From: a virus
Virus record (IMG/VR): IMGVR_UViG_3300030119_000590
Location: 13,353 to 77,352 of that record
Strand: one strand, 5' to 3'
DNA length: 64,000 bases
The position numbers and the translations under genes were made by a program. Position 1 is the first letter of the stretch. The number at the start of each line of letters is the position of its first letter. Shown here in pieces: positions 40,170-49,883 of this stretch. Under the pieces are notes generated by a model. It saw nothing but the letters and a program-made list of their open reading frames with translations, was not told the DNA's origin and did no database searches.

Positions 40170-41564
40170 ATGAGTGAAGAAGAGAACAACACCAACGAGT
40201 CAACTGAATCAAAACATGAACTTGAGCGTGTAAGGTGGGAAGGAAAAACTACATCTCCTATAGGTCAAACACCATTTGGTTTTTTTGATGGAGATGTACA
40301 ATTTACTTCGTTTGCACCAAAAGCAGCTGATTGGGCTGCGAAACGTTTGGGTTATCCGATTGTTGATATAGAAATGATAGATGTTCAGTTTTATGCTTGC
40401 TTTGAAGAAGCAGTAACCGAGTATAGTGCTCAAGTTAATCAGTTTTCTATCAAGCAGAATTTATATAGTCTTCGTGGAACTACCACAAGTGTTAATTTAA
40501 CGACATCCGTTTTACAAACTCAACCACTTCCTTTTTATTTAAAGTTGTCAGAAGCATATGGTGCGGAAGTAGGTGCGGGTGGAAACGTAGATTGGAGAAA
40601 GGCATCGTTGGAAGTCAAGAAGGGTGTTCAGACATATGACTTACAAGGTTTGTTTGACCATTGCTACAAAGACCCAAAGTCGGGTGAAATTAGACAAGAA
40701 AAAATAGAAGTAAAACGGATATTTCACCAAGCACCTCCAAGTTTAAATAGAATTTACGATCCCCATGCATCTGGTATGACTCATCAAAACATTATGAGTG
40801 AGTTTGGTTGGGGAAATATGTCAGTTGCGGGTTCTCAATTTTTACTAAGACCCCTCAATGAAGACCTAATGCGTCTTCAGGCAATTGAGTTTAATGAAAG
40901 TGTCCGAAAAAGTGCTTATAGTTTTGAACTCATAAACAATAAACTTACTTTGTTCCCGGTTCCTGAGAAGGATTATACTTTATGGTTTGATTATATATTC
41001 AAACGAGAACGAGATATAGCAGCTGTGCAAGGTTATGTGGATGCTGAAGATTTTAATACTATACCGAAATGTCAAACTGAAGTTGTTGAAGAAACAACTG
41101 AGCAGGTGGTAATTGACGATAATACCTGTGCAGACGGTACGACTCCTACTCCAAGTCCAAGTTTGTCTGATGATTCGTGTCCAACTCCACCTGATGATTG
41201 TGGGTATGGAATAGATAAAGCAGTAACGGATTTTAGTAATGTTCCTTATCAATTTCATAACTTTGCAACAATCAATGATGTTGGAAAGAGGTGGATTATG
41301 AAATACTATCTTGCATTGTGTAAAGAACTATTGGGTTCTATTCGTGCAAAATATCAAAGTATTCCTATTCCAGGTGGAGAAACCTCACTTGACGGAGATA
41401 CGTTAAGAAGTGAAGCAACGGCTGAAAAAGAACAACTTATTACGGAGTTACGAGAAGACTTAGAGGTGACGAGTCGCAGTACCACAAGTGAATCGTTGAA
41501 TCAGATTTCAGATAATTTACAAGAGAATTTAAAGAAAGTACCAAATTTTTTATACATAGGTTAA
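40170..41564 (+). CDS. Neck/head-tail adaptor protein (gp13-like)
   Basis: RLGYPIVDIEM, WIMKYYLALCKELLGSIRAKY..IPIPGG...LDG; follows MCP. Confidence 0.8.
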   Translation: MSEEENNTNESTESKHELERVRWEGKTTSPIGQTPFGFFDGDVQFTSFAPKAADWAAKRLGYPIVDIEMIDVQFYACFEEAVTEYSAQVNQFSIKQNLYSLRGTTTSVNLTTSVLQTQPLPFYLKLSEAYGAEVGAGGNVDWRKASLEVKKGVQTYDLQGLFDHCYKDPKSGEIRQEKIEVKRIFHQAPPSLNRIYDPHASGMTHQNIMSEFGWGNMSVAGSQFLLRPLNEDLMRLQAIEFNESVRKSAYSFELINNKLTLFPVPEKDYTLWFDYIFKRERDIAAVQGYVDAEDFNTIPKCQTEVVEETTEQVVIDDNTCADGTTPTPSPSLSDDSCPTPPDDCGYGIDKAVTDFSNVPYQFHNFATINDVGKRWIMKYYLALCKELLGSIRAKYQSIPIPGGETSLDGDTLRSEATAEKEQLITELREDLEVTSRSTTSESLNQISDNLQENLKKVPNFLYIG

Positions 41565-41565
41565 T

Positions 41566-42033
41566 ATGGAGAGATCAAGAGGCAGATACTTCTCACGCAG
41601 AGATGTCAGACTCATGAATAGCATAAATGGTGAATTGATGCTTAATATAATTGAGCAGATTGTTGTGCTATTCAAAGTCAACCCTCACAGTACCCAATCA
41701 AATGTTTATGGAGAAAGTATAGACAAATATTATTATCCTGGTGTAGAAATTTCATGTTTGGTTGAAACTGACCCAAGAAGTACTTTATATGAAGGTTTTG
41801 GACCGGATGTGAAAAAAGGAACATTGTTTAGACTTCATCAAAAGTTGTGTGAAATAAAAGAAATGTATGCAGAAGTTGGTGACATCGTAATGTGGGAAAA
41901 TGCGTACTTTGAAATTGATAATGTAGTAGAGAATCAATTTTTGGGTGGACAACCTGAAAAAAATTATAGTCTGTTATGTAATGCTCATATGTCTAGAATA
42001 AGTAGACTGAATATAATGGAGAGAAATGCTTGA
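41566..42033 (+). CDS. Neck/head-closure protein (gp14-like)
   Basis: NVYGES motif, EVGDIV; synteny. Confidence 0.65.
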   Translation: MERSRGRYFSRRDVRLMNSINGELMLNIIEQIVVLFKVNPHSTQSNVYGESIDKYYYPGVEISCLVETDPRSTLYEGFGPDVKKGTLFRLHQKLCEIKEMYAEVGDIVMWENAYFEIDNVVENQFLGGQPEKNYSLLCNAHMSRISRLNIMERNA

Positions 42034-43283
42034 TGGACTATGATAAGGTAACAAATCCATTTATTACTCTTAAAAAGATGTCTGGTGACAAAGAGCAGGA
42101 CTTTACCGCTCAACTTAATACTGCTCCACCAAATGTGGATAATGATCAGTATAGGTCTAATTTAAAAGAAAGTAATCACTCGTTGTATTCTGACCGACGT
42201 GAAGAAAAGTTGCGTATGGGTGAAAATACCAATACGTTTGAAAATTATGCAATTACTTTACTTGATATAGACAACATCATTTATGAATACTTTGTAAATG
42301 TTATTCGTCCACAGGTATTGGATACAGCTGGAAGTGTAATTAATGTTCCAGTTCGTCACGCATCACCTGAAAAGTGGCACGCTATTCAAAATGATGGTGC
42401 GTATCGTGATGCAAAAGGGCAAATACAACGTCCGATGATTATTTTTACTCGTACTTCGGTTTCACGTGACGATGAGTTTGTTCACTTTAACAAATATTTG
42501 TCAGTTCCGTTCGTCAAGAAGTTTGATTCAAAGAATATGTACGATAAGTTTAGTATTTTAAACGATATGCAACCTGTTTATGAAGTTCATAATGTAACGT
42601 TTCCTGACCATGTTATTCTAAATTACGATTTCACAATGAACACAGATTATGTTGAACAAATGAATATGTTGGTGGAAAAAATTAATTTTGCAAGTGATGA
42701 TTATTGGGGAGATCCAAAGAGATTAAAGTTTAGAACAAAGATTGATAGTTTTTCAAATTCGGTTGAATCGTCTGATTCTGATGATAGAAACGTATCAACT
42801 ACTTTCAGTTTAACAGTAAATGCTTATTTGTTACCAGAGGTTTTTGATGATAGAATGACTGTTAAACGACAGGTTTCAAAACGAAAAGTATTATGGGGAA
42901 CTGAGGCAGTTGCAAGTGATGACCCAAGACTTTTAGGAAATCAAGATACTTTATCATTAACAAACGAAAAGAAAACTTCGTTTGGCACGAAAATAATCAT
43001 TTTAGACAGAACCTTTAGTGAGTTACACTTAGATGCAAGAAATTCGGTTTATGATGTTCGTATGAGATTGGACGAAGAGTTTTATACAATAGAAACCGAA
43101 GATGATTCTTTTATGATTAGAGTAGATAATACCGATAAACATCCGGTTTTTATTTGGGACTATGAACGAAACGAAGTTGAAATGCGTCCTGGTGATAAAA
43201 TCAATATAAATGTTGGAACACAAATGTTCGAACTTGAGATTGATAAGAAATCAGTAGAGATGTTTACAATAAAAAGAATTTAA
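42033..43283 (+). CDS. Tail terminator/sheath stabiliser (gp15-like) with C-terminal extension
   Basis: VPVRHASPEKW, PMIIFTR, PDHVILNYDF...QMNMLVEKI; synteny before sheath. Confidence 0.65.
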   Translation: MDYDKVTNPFITLKKMSGDKEQDFTAQLNTAPPNVDNDQYRSNLKESNHSLYSDRREEKLRMGENTNTFENYAITLLDIDNIIYEYFVNVIRPQVLDTAGSVINVPVRHASPEKWHAIQNDGAYRDAKGQIQRPMIIFTRTSVSRDDEFVHFNKYLSVPFVKKFDSKNMYDKFSILNDMQPVYEVHNVTFPDHVILNYDFTMNTDYVEQMNMLVEKINFASDDYWGDPKRLKFRTKIDSFSNSVESSDSDDRNVSTTFSLTVNAYLLPEVFDDRMTVKRQVSKRKVLWGTEAVASDDPRLLGNQDTLSLTNEKKTSFGTKIIILDRTFSELHLDARNSVYDVRMRLDEEFYTIETEDDSFMIRVDNTDKHPVFIWDYERNEVEMRPGDKININVGTQMFELEIDKKSVEMFTIKRI

Positions 43284-43328
43284 TTTTATTTACTTGATTT
43301 ATTGACAATAAGTTAATATCATATAAGC

Positions 43329-43619
43329 ATGGATAATAACGAAATTAAATTAACCACAGATGAACAGGCTGAAATGCTTGAATTAAATCAAGAGTACCAA
43401 ACTGTATTAATTGATATGGGTCAGTTGCAAATGCAAAGATTGCAATTAAAAGAGCAACTTGAAGAATTAGATTCTACGGAAACTCATTGCAAATCCGCAT
43501 ATGCCGAAATTGAGAAAAAAGAACTTAATTTTAGAAATAGATTAATCAAAAAGTATGGAGATGGTGAACTAGACGCACATACAGGTGTGTTTATTGTAGC
43601 AGAAAAAAATCGCAATTAA
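43329..43619 (+). CDS. Small coiled-coil hypothetical protein
   Basis: Ends in KYGDGELDAHTGVF; weak sigma70-like TTGATT-17-TATCAT upstream. Confidence 0.6.
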   Translation: MDNNEIKLTTDEQAEMLELNQEYQTVLIDMGQLQMQRLQLKEQLEELDSTETHCKSAYAEIEKKELNFRNRLIKKYGDGELDAHTGVFIVAEKNRN

Positions 43620-43718
43620 ATATTGTGTTTGGATTTTTTTGGGCATATTTATATGAAAAAGTCATTATAACTTTCCCAAAAAACCAACATTAACCAATAT
43701 ATTAGGAGATTATCGAAG

Positions 43719-46436
43719 ATGGCAGAACGAATTGTAAGTCCAGCAGTATTTACCAACGAAATTGATCAAACGTTTCTTACACAAGGTATCCAACAAATAG
43801 GTGGAGCAGTTGTAGGTCCTTTCAAACGAGGCCCTGCGTATGCACCAACTGTTGTCAGAAACCAAGGAGACTTAGAAGATTTATTTGGTATCCCCGAGGG
43901 GGAATATTATCAACCATTCACAGCACGTGAGTATTTGCATCATCAAGGTGTCGTAACTATCGTTAGAACAGGTTCTCTCGGTGGTTATATTCAAAACAAT
44001 CCACTCATTATTACTGCAAAAGTGGAAGAAGCAAATTGTGAGTTGATACAAGAGAACAGAGTTAAAGCAGGCCTTGAAAGTGGTACTTGTGATATTCAAG
44101 TAGGTGATGAAACCGTTATCGGAGTTCTTGCTAATACACTTTATCAAACATCATCAAGTGAAGCACCTGTAATAAATAACACAGGATTCCTTGGTTCAGT
44201 TATCGATCCAGCAACCAATCTTATGTACTTTACAGAAAGTGAACTTGACGATGGAACAACCGTTGTAGATTCAAACTTATCTTCCAAACTACATCTAAGA
44301 ACAACTCTTGATGAAGACGGAAATCCAGGTACAATTGACGATCAAAGCATTGTATCTGTAAAGTATGACATTCATACAGGTGAAAGAATCGTAAGTGATT
44401 ATGTATTTTCAATTGACCCACGTGATCCAAATAGTTTGCAAAACATTTTTGGAAGATCACCAAAGAAAAATATCGAACCTGCATATTTTCATGCTTACTT
44501 TGAAAATGCTCAAGCAGAAATTTATAGTAACATCGTATTCGGTGCTAAGTACAGAATTGAGTGTACAACTGAAGTAGGTGGTAAAGTTATTGATCCTGAT
44601 GAAGACGTAGCAAGTGCATTGCAGTTCCAATCAGCAGAGCGTGATGAAGACAGAGACGAGTTTCCATTTGGAAATGGACGTGGTATGTTCTCATGTCGTC
44701 CTGCCGAAACACCATATGTTCAATCACAAGAAATTAGTGGTCGTAGGTATGATTTGTTTAAGGTGTTTACGAGAAATATGGGAACATCTGCAAATCGTGA
44801 AATCAAGATTGCTATATCAGATGTAAGAACACCTGGTTCAATCCAAGGTTCAGATTATGGTACATTTGACTTGACTGTAAGAGGTTTCGGAGATAACGAC
44901 AAAAACCAAAATATTATTGAGTCATATGACAATGTATCACTTGACCCAAGTTCACCTCGTTATCTTCCACGTGTAGTTGGTGATCGTTTTACCACAATTG
45001 ACGCAAGTGGAAAAGTAACAGATCACGGAGATTATGCAAATTCTAGTAACTGGATTCGTATTGAAATGAATCCTGATAGTGAAGCACCTTCACAAGCAAT
45101 GCCTTATGGTCACGGTGCTTACTTCTCAACGGTTGCTGGTGTAAATGTTCCAAGTGCAGTTTACTGCACAGGTTGTTCTCAGTACGAAAGAAATCCAGGT
45201 CGTTACTTTAATGGTGCGGTTTTCAATCAAGATTCACCTGATGGTATCATTGAGTACCCACTTGGTGCAAAAGACAATGCTGAGTTATTTGCTCCACTTC
45301 CAAAAGGTGCAGATGATACAGGAGAAGGTTACTACATGGACCAACCCGGTGAGTATGTTGAAGAAATTGACGGAGAACGTCAAACATTCCAAGTTGATCC
45401 AATTCCAACAAATCCATCACTTGCACAAGAAACTTTGGTCGCAAAGCAACGTAGATTCGTTGTAGGTTTCCAAGGTGGATTTGACGGTCATGCTCCAACT
45501 CACCCAATCAACTTAGGTGACCAAATTACTGCAAGCAACGTACAAGGTATGGATTGTTCATTAAGAAAGTCAACAGGTACAAAAGCATATCTTCATGCGT
45601 TTGGTGCATTGAGCAACCAAGACGAGTTTGATATTAACTTGCTTGTTACTCCTGGTTTGAGTCTTGACCTTCATCGTTCGGTTGTAAATCGTGGTGTTGA
45701 TTTATGTGAAACACGTGAGGATGCTTTTTACATTCTTGATTGTGTTTCTGCAAAGGACCAACCAGGACGAGTGGACGATGCAGTTTCTGAAGCATCTACC
45801 ATAGATAGTAACTATGCGGCTACTTACTACCCTTGGATTAAGATTATTGATCCAGCAACCAACAAGTTGCAACCATTCCCACCGAGTTCACTTATGGCAT
45901 CGGTTTATGCGGCCAACGATAAGGTTTCCGCAGAATGGTTCGCACCTGCTGGTTTGAATCGTGGTGGTCTTGAGCAAGCAGTATCTGTTATGGACAGACT
46001 TAACTTTGCTGAAAGAGACGAATTGTACGAAGGAAAGGTTAATCCGATTGCGGCTTTTCCGGGTCAAGGCATCGTTGCTTTTGGTCAGAAGACTCTTCAA
46101 AGACGAGCAAGTGCATTGGACAGAATCAATGTGCGTAGATTGCTCATCACCGTTAAGAAGTTCATCGCAAGTTCCGCAAGGTATCTTATCTTTGAACAAA
46201 ACGTAACTGCAACCCGTCAACGTTTCTTGAGTATCGTTAATCCGTATCTCGAAAACGTACAACAAAGACATGGTTTACATGCGTTCCGTGTAATCATGGA
46301 CGAATCCAACAACACACCTGACTTGATTGACAGAAACATTCTGTATGGTCAAATCTTCTTGCAACCAGCAAGAGCAGTTGAGTTCATCGTTCTTGACTTT
46401 ACACTTCAGTCAACGGGTGCAAGTTTTGAGGGATAA
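43719..46436 (+). CDS. Tail sheath protein (gp18-like)
   Basis: SPAVFTNEID, YYPWIK, WFAPAGLNRGG, GQKTL..DRINVRRLL, FEQN, LQPARAVEFI. Confidence 0.95.
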   Translation: MAERIVSPAVFTNEIDQTFLTQGIQQIGGAVVGPFKRGPAYAPTVVRNQGDLEDLFGIPEGEYYQPFTAREYLHHQGVVTIVRTGSLGGYIQNNPLIITAKVEEANCELIQENRVKAGLESGTCDIQVGDETVIGVLANTLYQTSSSEAPVINNTGFLGSVIDPATNLMYFTESELDDGTTVVDSNLSSKLHLRTTLDEDGNPGTIDDQSIVSVKYDIHTGERIVSDYVFSIDPRDPNSLQNIFGRSPKKNIEPAYFHAYFENAQAEIYSNIVFGAKYRIECTTEVGGKVIDPDEDVASALQFQSAERDEDRDEFPFGNGRGMFSCRPAETPYVQSQEISGRRYDLFKVFTRNMGTSANREIKIAISDVRTPGSIQGSDYGTFDLTVRGFGDNDKNQNIIESYDNVSLDPSSPRYLPRVVGDRFTTIDASGKVTDHGDYANSSNWIRIEMNPDSEAPSQAMPYGHGAYFSTVAGVNVPSAVYCTGCSQYERNPGRYFNGAVFNQDSPDGIIEYPLGAKDNAELFAPLPKGADDTGEGYYMDQPGEYVEEIDGERQTFQVDPIPTNPSLAQETLVAKQRRFVVGFQGGFDGHAPTHPINLGDQITASNVQGMDCSLRKSTGTKAYLHAFGALSNQDEFDINLLVTPGLSLDLHRSVVNRGVDLCETREDAFYILDCVSAKDQPGRVDDAVSEASTIDSNYAATYYPWIKIIDPATNKLQPFPPSSLMASVYAANDKVSAEWFAPAGLNRGGLEQAVSVMDRLNFAERDELYEGKVNPIAAFPGQGIVAFGQKTLQRRASALDRINVRRLLITVKKFIASSARYLIFEQNVTATRQRFLSIVNPYLENVQQRHGLHAFRVIMDESNNTPDLIDRNILYGQIFLQPARAVEFIVLDFTLQSTGASFEG

Positions 46437-46471
46437 TTTGTAAAAGTAATATAAACTCTTAATAGAAAGTT

Positions 46472-46504
46472 AAAACCCCTTCACGAAAGTGGAGGGGTTT
46501 TTTT
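46472..46504 (+). terminator. Intrinsic terminator after sheath
   Basis: aaaaccccttcac-gaaa-gtggaggggtttt followed by T tract (GNRA loop). Confidence 0.85.
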
Positions 46505-46531
46505 ATGTCGGTATATATTTATTGATATATT

Positions 46532-47236
46532 ATGTCACAACTAAAATTGACAGATTTACTAGTAGAAATTCAATATGATGAATTCGTTTTGTTTGTACAA
46601 AAACATAAGTTAGACGAAGATTGTTCTATATTGAATGAATTGGGTATACCCAAACGACTTAAAAAGATTTGGGGGTTTATAAAAGAATTGGCAGACAAGG
46701 TGTCGCTGAAGTTGGTGGACTTGGTTAAATTGTTTCTTGATAAAACTGTATTCAAATTCTTTGCTAAGATTAAGTTTAGCATGGAATGGTTGTACAAACT
46801 TGTTAAAAAAGGATTTAAGGCATACAAGGATGTAATAAACGCAATTGGTGATTATCTTGCAAGTACTAAGGTAGGTAAGTGGACAGAAGAAAAACTCAAG
46901 GATTTGGATGCGTTTTTGGCAAAACACCCAAAAACCAAGAGAATTGCTGGAATGGCAGTTGCGGGTATTCTAATTTATATTTGGTTGAACATGACTTTCA
47001 CAGGTAATGCTGACTACGACTTTGATATGGGTGATATGATACGAGCACTTGGTGGAGGATTCTCGTTATCAACTTTATTTGCAGGACCTGACGGAATGGC
47101 GTTATTAACTTTATTCGCAACGGGTATGCTAGGATTATCATTTCCGTGGCCGGGACCACAACATTTTCAATTCATTGGAGCAGTATTATATGGTTCTGCA
47201 AAACTAGTGGGAAAAAAATTAAGGAAAGATAAATAA
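46532..47236 (+). CDS. Predicted membrane protein inserted between sheath and tube
   Basis: Hydrophobic segments IAGMAVAGILIYIWL and MALLTLFATGMLGLSF; own ATATTTAT box. Confidence 0.6.
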   Translation: MSQLKLTDLLVEIQYDEFVLFVQKHKLDEDCSILNELGIPKRLKKIWGFIKELADKVSLKLVDLVKLFLDKTVFKFFAKIKFSMEWLYKLVKKGFKAYKDVINAIGDYLASTKVGKWTEEKLKDLDAFLAKHPKTKRIAGMAVAGILIYIWLNMTFTGNADYDFDMGDMIRALGGGFSLSTLFAGPDGMALLTLFATGMLGLSFPWPGPQHFQFIGAVLYGSAKLVGKKLRKDK

Positions 47237-47351
47237 ATATATTTTTTTGTTTATGACATATTTATCTTTAATATCATTCATAAATGAGGTTTTACAATTT
47301 TTGGATAATATTTATTAAAAGTAATCGTTAACAAACTGGAGAATTTAAAAA

Positions 47352-47843
47352 ATGGCACAAGTAGTTGAAACTCAAGAAATGTTTTTTACGGCCTTTGAAC
47401 CAAAAACGGCCAATCGTTTTATCATGTATATGGACGGAGTACCTGCATACCTTATTAAAGGTGTAGGAAGACCTAACATCACAATCGATGTTAATACTCT
47501 CGACCACATCAACATTAAACGAAAGGTTCGTGCTGGTAAGGCAGAATGGAATAATATCACACTTTCTATGTACGACCCAATCGTACCAAGTGCGGCGCAG
47601 GCTGCAATGGAATGGGTACGTCTCTCTCACGAATCTGTAACAGGAAGAAATGGTTATGCTGACTTCTACAAGAAGGATCTTACAATCGTTGTTCTTGGTC
47701 CAGTAGGTGATTATGTTGAAGAATGGACAATAAAAGGTGCATTCTGTGCAGGAACTACGTTCTCTGACCTTTCATGGGAAACAGGTGACGTTGCTACTGT
47801 TGAGTTGGACATTGCATACGATTATGCAATCCTCCAATACTAA
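47352..47843 (+). CDS. Tail tube protein (gp19-like)
   Basis: FEPKTANRF, WNNITLSMYDPI, YKKDLTI..LGPVGD.VEEW.IKGAF, IAYDYA. Confidence 0.9.
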   Translation: MAQVVETQEMFFTAFEPKTANRFIMYMDGVPAYLIKGVGRPNITIDVNTLDHINIKRKVRAGKAEWNNITLSMYDPIVPSAAQAAMEWVRLSHESVTGRNGYADFYKKDLTIVVLGPVGDYVEEWTIKGAFCAGTTFSDLSWETGDVATVELDIAYDYAILQY

Positions 47844-47870
47844 TCTAAACGAATTACAATCCAGTTTATT

Positions 47871-47900
47871 AAAAAACTCTCCTGACGGAGAGTTTTTTTT
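47871..47900 (+). terminator. Intrinsic terminator after tube
   Basis: aaaaaactctcc-tgac-ggagagtttttttt. Confidence 0.85.
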
Positions 47901-47923
47901 GTCTGCGTATATATTTATTAAAC

Positions 47924-48262
47924 ATGAACAAGACACAATTAAAAGAAACCATCCTTGAACTTTTTGAAGAAGTTAAATCGGACGCATCAAAAGAAAATGT
48001 AAACGAAGGTTTAAGCACTGCAATGAATGGTCTTGTTAAATATTTATTGGGATTGGTCAAGAAAGGAAAATTTCGTAGACCATACGATATAGATGATCGT
48101 TCAGGACGTCTTGTGTTTGTAACTGCGGGTGGAAAAAAACTTGTTTTCCATGATCAAAATATAGGTGTTACCGTTCATAAGTCTTGGAAAGGAAAAAAAG
48201 ATAGCAACTTCTTTGGATATAATGAAACTGACCGTATCTTGAAGTTTGCAATGGAAGGATAA
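47924..48262 (+). CDS. Hypothetical protein with MNKTQLKETILE leader
   Basis: Own ATATTTAT box; VNE-G candidate processing site. Confidence 0.6.
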   Translation: MNKTQLKETILELFEEVKSDASKENVNEGLSTAMNGLVKYLLGLVKKGKFRRPYDIDDRSGRLVFVTAGGKKLVFHDQNIGVTVHKSWKGKKDSNFFGYNETDRILKFAMEG

Positions 48263-48362
48263 ATTTCCACATTTTTAATATACTTTTTGCAAAAAAGTCT
48301 TGCAATATGTATATATATTTGTAAGAGTATATTTTACAAATTACAAATAAAGGTTACAAATT

Positions 48363-49292
48363 ATGGCAAACGAAGACGGAAATATAGATATCCCGCAACA
48401 GGTTAAAGAGCAGTTGGAGCGTGATGCACAGGAAGCACAGGCTGCCAATCAATCAAAAACAGAACCAACCCCAAAGGTTACTGCACCAAATACACAAGCA
48501 TCTCAACAAACTGACAAAGTTCAAAAGTTTGAGTATCCAAGTGAGGTAGTTGATCTTCCGAGTCAAGGTTGGTTTTATGAACCAAGTTCACCACTTGCGA
48601 GTGGAAAAATTGATATTAAGTACATGACTGCAAAAGAGGAAGATATTCTTACAAGTCAAAATCTTATCAAAAAGGGTGTAGTGCTTGATAAGTTGCTAGA
48701 ACAACTTATTGTTACACCAAATGTCAAGTTAGACGAAATTTTAGTAGGAGACAAAAATGCAATCTTTATCGCTGCTCGTATTCTTGCTTATGGTAAAGAC
48801 TATAAAATCAAGTTTAAAGACCCATCAAACAATGAAGATGTGGAAGATACTATTGACTTGGCAAAACTAGACGCAAAAGAATTTGACTTTGAAAAGCATG
48901 AAAAGGGTCGCAACTTATTTGAATTTGAATTTCCATTTAGTAAACGCAAGATTCATTGGAGTTTATTAACTCATGCTGATGAGCAAGCAATTGAAACTGA
49001 AATGAAGAGTTTAAAAAAGTTCACCAAAAACAAAAACGAAACTACTGAAATCACCACACGATTAAAGTATGTTATCAAAGCACTTGATGGAGACGAAGAC
49101 AAAGCACGAATAAAAAGTTTTGTTGACAAAGAACTTCTTGCAAGAGATTCACTTGCATTCAGAGAACACGCAAGAAAAAATACACCAGATTTAGATATGA
49201 CATTTAATTTTGAATCTGAAGATACCGGCTATACGGAAAGGATGACGATCCCACTCGGGATCGACTTTTTTTACCCTTCCGCCGGAGTATAA
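48363..49292 (+). CDS. Baseplate hub assembly/tail chaperone (T4 gp26-like)
   Basis: VDLPSQGWFY, KYMTAKEEDILT, GDKNAI..AARILAYG, ends in DFFYP. Confidence 0.75.
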   Translation: MANEDGNIDIPQQVKEQLERDAQEAQAANQSKTEPTPKVTAPNTQASQQTDKVQKFEYPSEVVDLPSQGWFYEPSSPLASGKIDIKYMTAKEEDILTSQNLIKKGVVLDKLLEQLIVTPNVKLDEILVGDKNAIFIAARILAYGKDYKIKFKDPSNNEDVEDTIDLAKLDAKEFDFEKHEKGRNLFEFEFPFSKRKIHWSLLTHADEQAIETEMKSLKKFTKNKNETTEITTRLKYVIKALDGDEDKARIKSFVDKELLARDSLAFREHARKNTPDLDMTFNFESEDTGYTERMTIPLGIDFFYPSAGV

Positions 49293-49521
49293 GGTTCAAC
49301 TTCACGAAGAGATTTTTAATCTCTGTTATTATAGTCAAGGTGCGTTTACTCAAGACATTGCGTACAATTTGCCGATATATCTCAGAAGGTTTTATGCTCG
49401 TAAACTTGTTGAAGTAAAAGACAAAGAAAACGAGCAAGTTAAAAAAGCACAAGCAAAAGCAAAATCGAGTTCTAGTTCTCGTCCATCAAAACCACCAACT
49501 TCTGCAAGATCATATAGGTAA
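49264..49521 (+). CDS. Start-less ORF in the +1 frame, likely frameshift extension of the 48363 chaperone
   Basis: TFFTLPPEYKVQLHEEIFNLCYYSQGAFTQDIAYNLPIYLRRFYARKLVE...RSYR*. No ATG/GTG after the in-frame TGA at 49243; overlaps the T7 run at 49266-49272. Not in the ORF track. Confidence 0.65.
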   Translation, partial: TFFTLPPEYKVQLHEEIFNLCYYSQGAFTQDIAYNLPIYLRRFYARKLVEVKDKENEQVKKAQAKAKSSSSSRPSKPPTSARSYR

Positions 49522-49601
49522 TTTTATCCATCATAAACTGGTGGTAACGTATATTTATACGTATATACTATCAATTCCTTTTGTGGATACGATTATTTTA
49601 T

Positions 49602-49871
49602 ATGAAAAAGAAACAACAATTAGACGAGCAAGAGCAACTGAACGAGTTTTTGGGTGCTTTGGTAAAAGCTGTATTTAAATCCAAGGCAACAAAGTTGGGT
49701 ACGGCTGCATTTGCAGATCCACGACTTAAAAACGCATTTGAAGATTATATCAAGGATACTAAGGAATTTAAGAAAAAACTTAAACGAATAGGTGTCACCA
49801 GTACTGATGATTTAAAAAAGGCAATTAAAAAATCCTCCAATATTGATTCAAATTTACTTGACTGGGAATAG
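49602..49871 (+). CDS. Hypothetical protein upstream of tape measure
   Basis: ATG 49602, QLNEF motif. Confidence 0.55.
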   Translation: MKKKQQLDEQEQLNEFLGALVKAVFKSKATKLGTAAFADPRLKNAFEDYIKDTKEFKKKLKRIGVTSTDDLKKAIKKSSNIDSNLLDWE

Positions 49872-49883
49872 GGAATCTGACGG

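Noticed and set aside
48282-48298. Near-palindrome ACTTTTTGCAAAAAAGT (similar at 27561)
   Set aside because: Low-complexity T/A tracts are expected at this AT content; only two imperfect copies.
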